A stretch of DNA of 64,000 nucleotides, taken from assembly GCA_951406725.2 (NCBI GenBank), contig OX597816.1, positions 39,990,001 through 40,054,000 on the forward strand. The letters are read 5' to 3'. A program made the position numbers and the translations under genes. This stretch comes from Octopus vulgaris (lineage: Eukaryota). This document shows, piece by piece, positions 63,110 through 64,000 of the stretch (position 1 is the stretch's first letter; every line of letters begins with the position of its first letter). The notes below the pieces were generated by a model. It did no database searches. It worked only from the letters and a program-made list of their open reading frames with translations, and had not been told where the DNA came from.

Positions 63110-63479
63110 GTACACACACACACACACGTACATAAGTTGAAGAAAACATGGGGAAAAAAACCCAAAAACCAAATAAATACTTACTAGATGTGTCTTCTTT
63201 TTCCTTAGGTACATCTTCAATGGTGAGTTTGTGCTTCATCTTAAAGTAGAGATGTCAACGAACCGGGTTCGTGTAGATCTGATTCATGTATGGAAAACAA
63301 AAAAAATACAAAAACAAGAGTCTTATATAAAATGACTGTATGACAATCCTACTTTCTGGAATGACTGAAAAAAATAATAGGAAGTTTACATAACAAGTAA
63401 AAGTAGTACTGATAAATAGTAGTAAGAGCAGTAGCAACAGCAGCAGCAGCAACAGCGGCAGTATTATTATTATTATTAT

Positions 63480-63835
63480 TAGTAGTAGTAGTAGTAGCAG
63501 TAGTAGTTGCTGTAGTAGTAGTAGTAGCAGTAGTAGTTGCTGTAGTAGTAGTAGTAGTAGCAGTAGTAGTTGCTGTAGTAGTAGTAGTAGCAGTAGTAGT
63601 TGCTGTAGTAGTAGTAGTAGCAGTAGTAGTTGCTGTAGTAGTAGTAGTAGCAGTAGTAGTTGCTGTAGTAGTAGTAGTAGCAGTAGTAGTTGCTGTAGTA
63701 GTAGTAGTAGCAGTAGTAGTTGCTGTTGTAGTAGTAGTAGCAGTAGTAGTTGCTGTAGTAGTAGTAGTAGCAGTAGTAGTTGCTGTAGTAGTAGTAGTAG
63801 CAGTAGTAGTTGCTGTTGTAGTAGTAGTAGTAGTG
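63480..63835. repeat. (GTA)n-derived minisatellite, ~27-30 bp unit GTAGTAGTAGTAGCAGTAGTAGTTGCT
   Basis: About 11 tandem units read directly. Confidence 0.95.
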
Positions 63836-63905
63836 CTGATTCTGGTCGCAGTAGTAGTAGTAGTAAAATTTGTGGGTAGTAGTAGTAGTAGTAGTGATCC
63901 TGGTT

Positions 63906-63947
<42 letters not shown>

Positions 63948-64000
63948 GTAGTAGTAGTAGTAGTAGTAGTAGCAGCAGCAGCAGCAATAGTGGTAGTAGT

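Noticed and set aside
63349-63987. 212-aa Thr-rich ORF resembling a mucin
   Set aside because: Translation of a (GTA)n minisatellite flanked by poly-Leu/Ile from other triplet repeats; no non-repetitive coding context

Overview
AT-rich, microsatellite- and retroposon-dense animal genomic DNA. The repeat families and composition suggest a coleoid cephalopod, probably Octopus (inference). The window holds one complete protein-coding gene, V-type proton ATPase subunit H (ATP6V1H/VhaSFD), on the minus strand. I assembled 14 coding exons by hand (ATG 42993, stop 2423). All have GT-AG introns and consistent phases, giving 1446 nt and a 481-aa protein. The putative promoter (~43.2 kb) carries an M-box/CLEAR-type motif and an ETS motif. 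The rest is repeats: several tRNA-derived SINE families, decayed CR1-, R4/Dong- and Penelope-type reverse transcriptase remnants, a deleted piggyBac with related TTAA MITEs, a tandem Helitron and a long-TIR MITE. The most striking unannotated signal is about 14 hammerhead-ribozyme-like motifs from at least 7 unrelated short repeat families, many embedded in microsatellites. They include non-canonical cores (U3-A8, G3-C8, and a four-copy CUGUNGA family) and a tRNA-headed SINE with a Penelope-like hammerhead tail. Repeat boundaries are approximate, and no database search or folding program was run.
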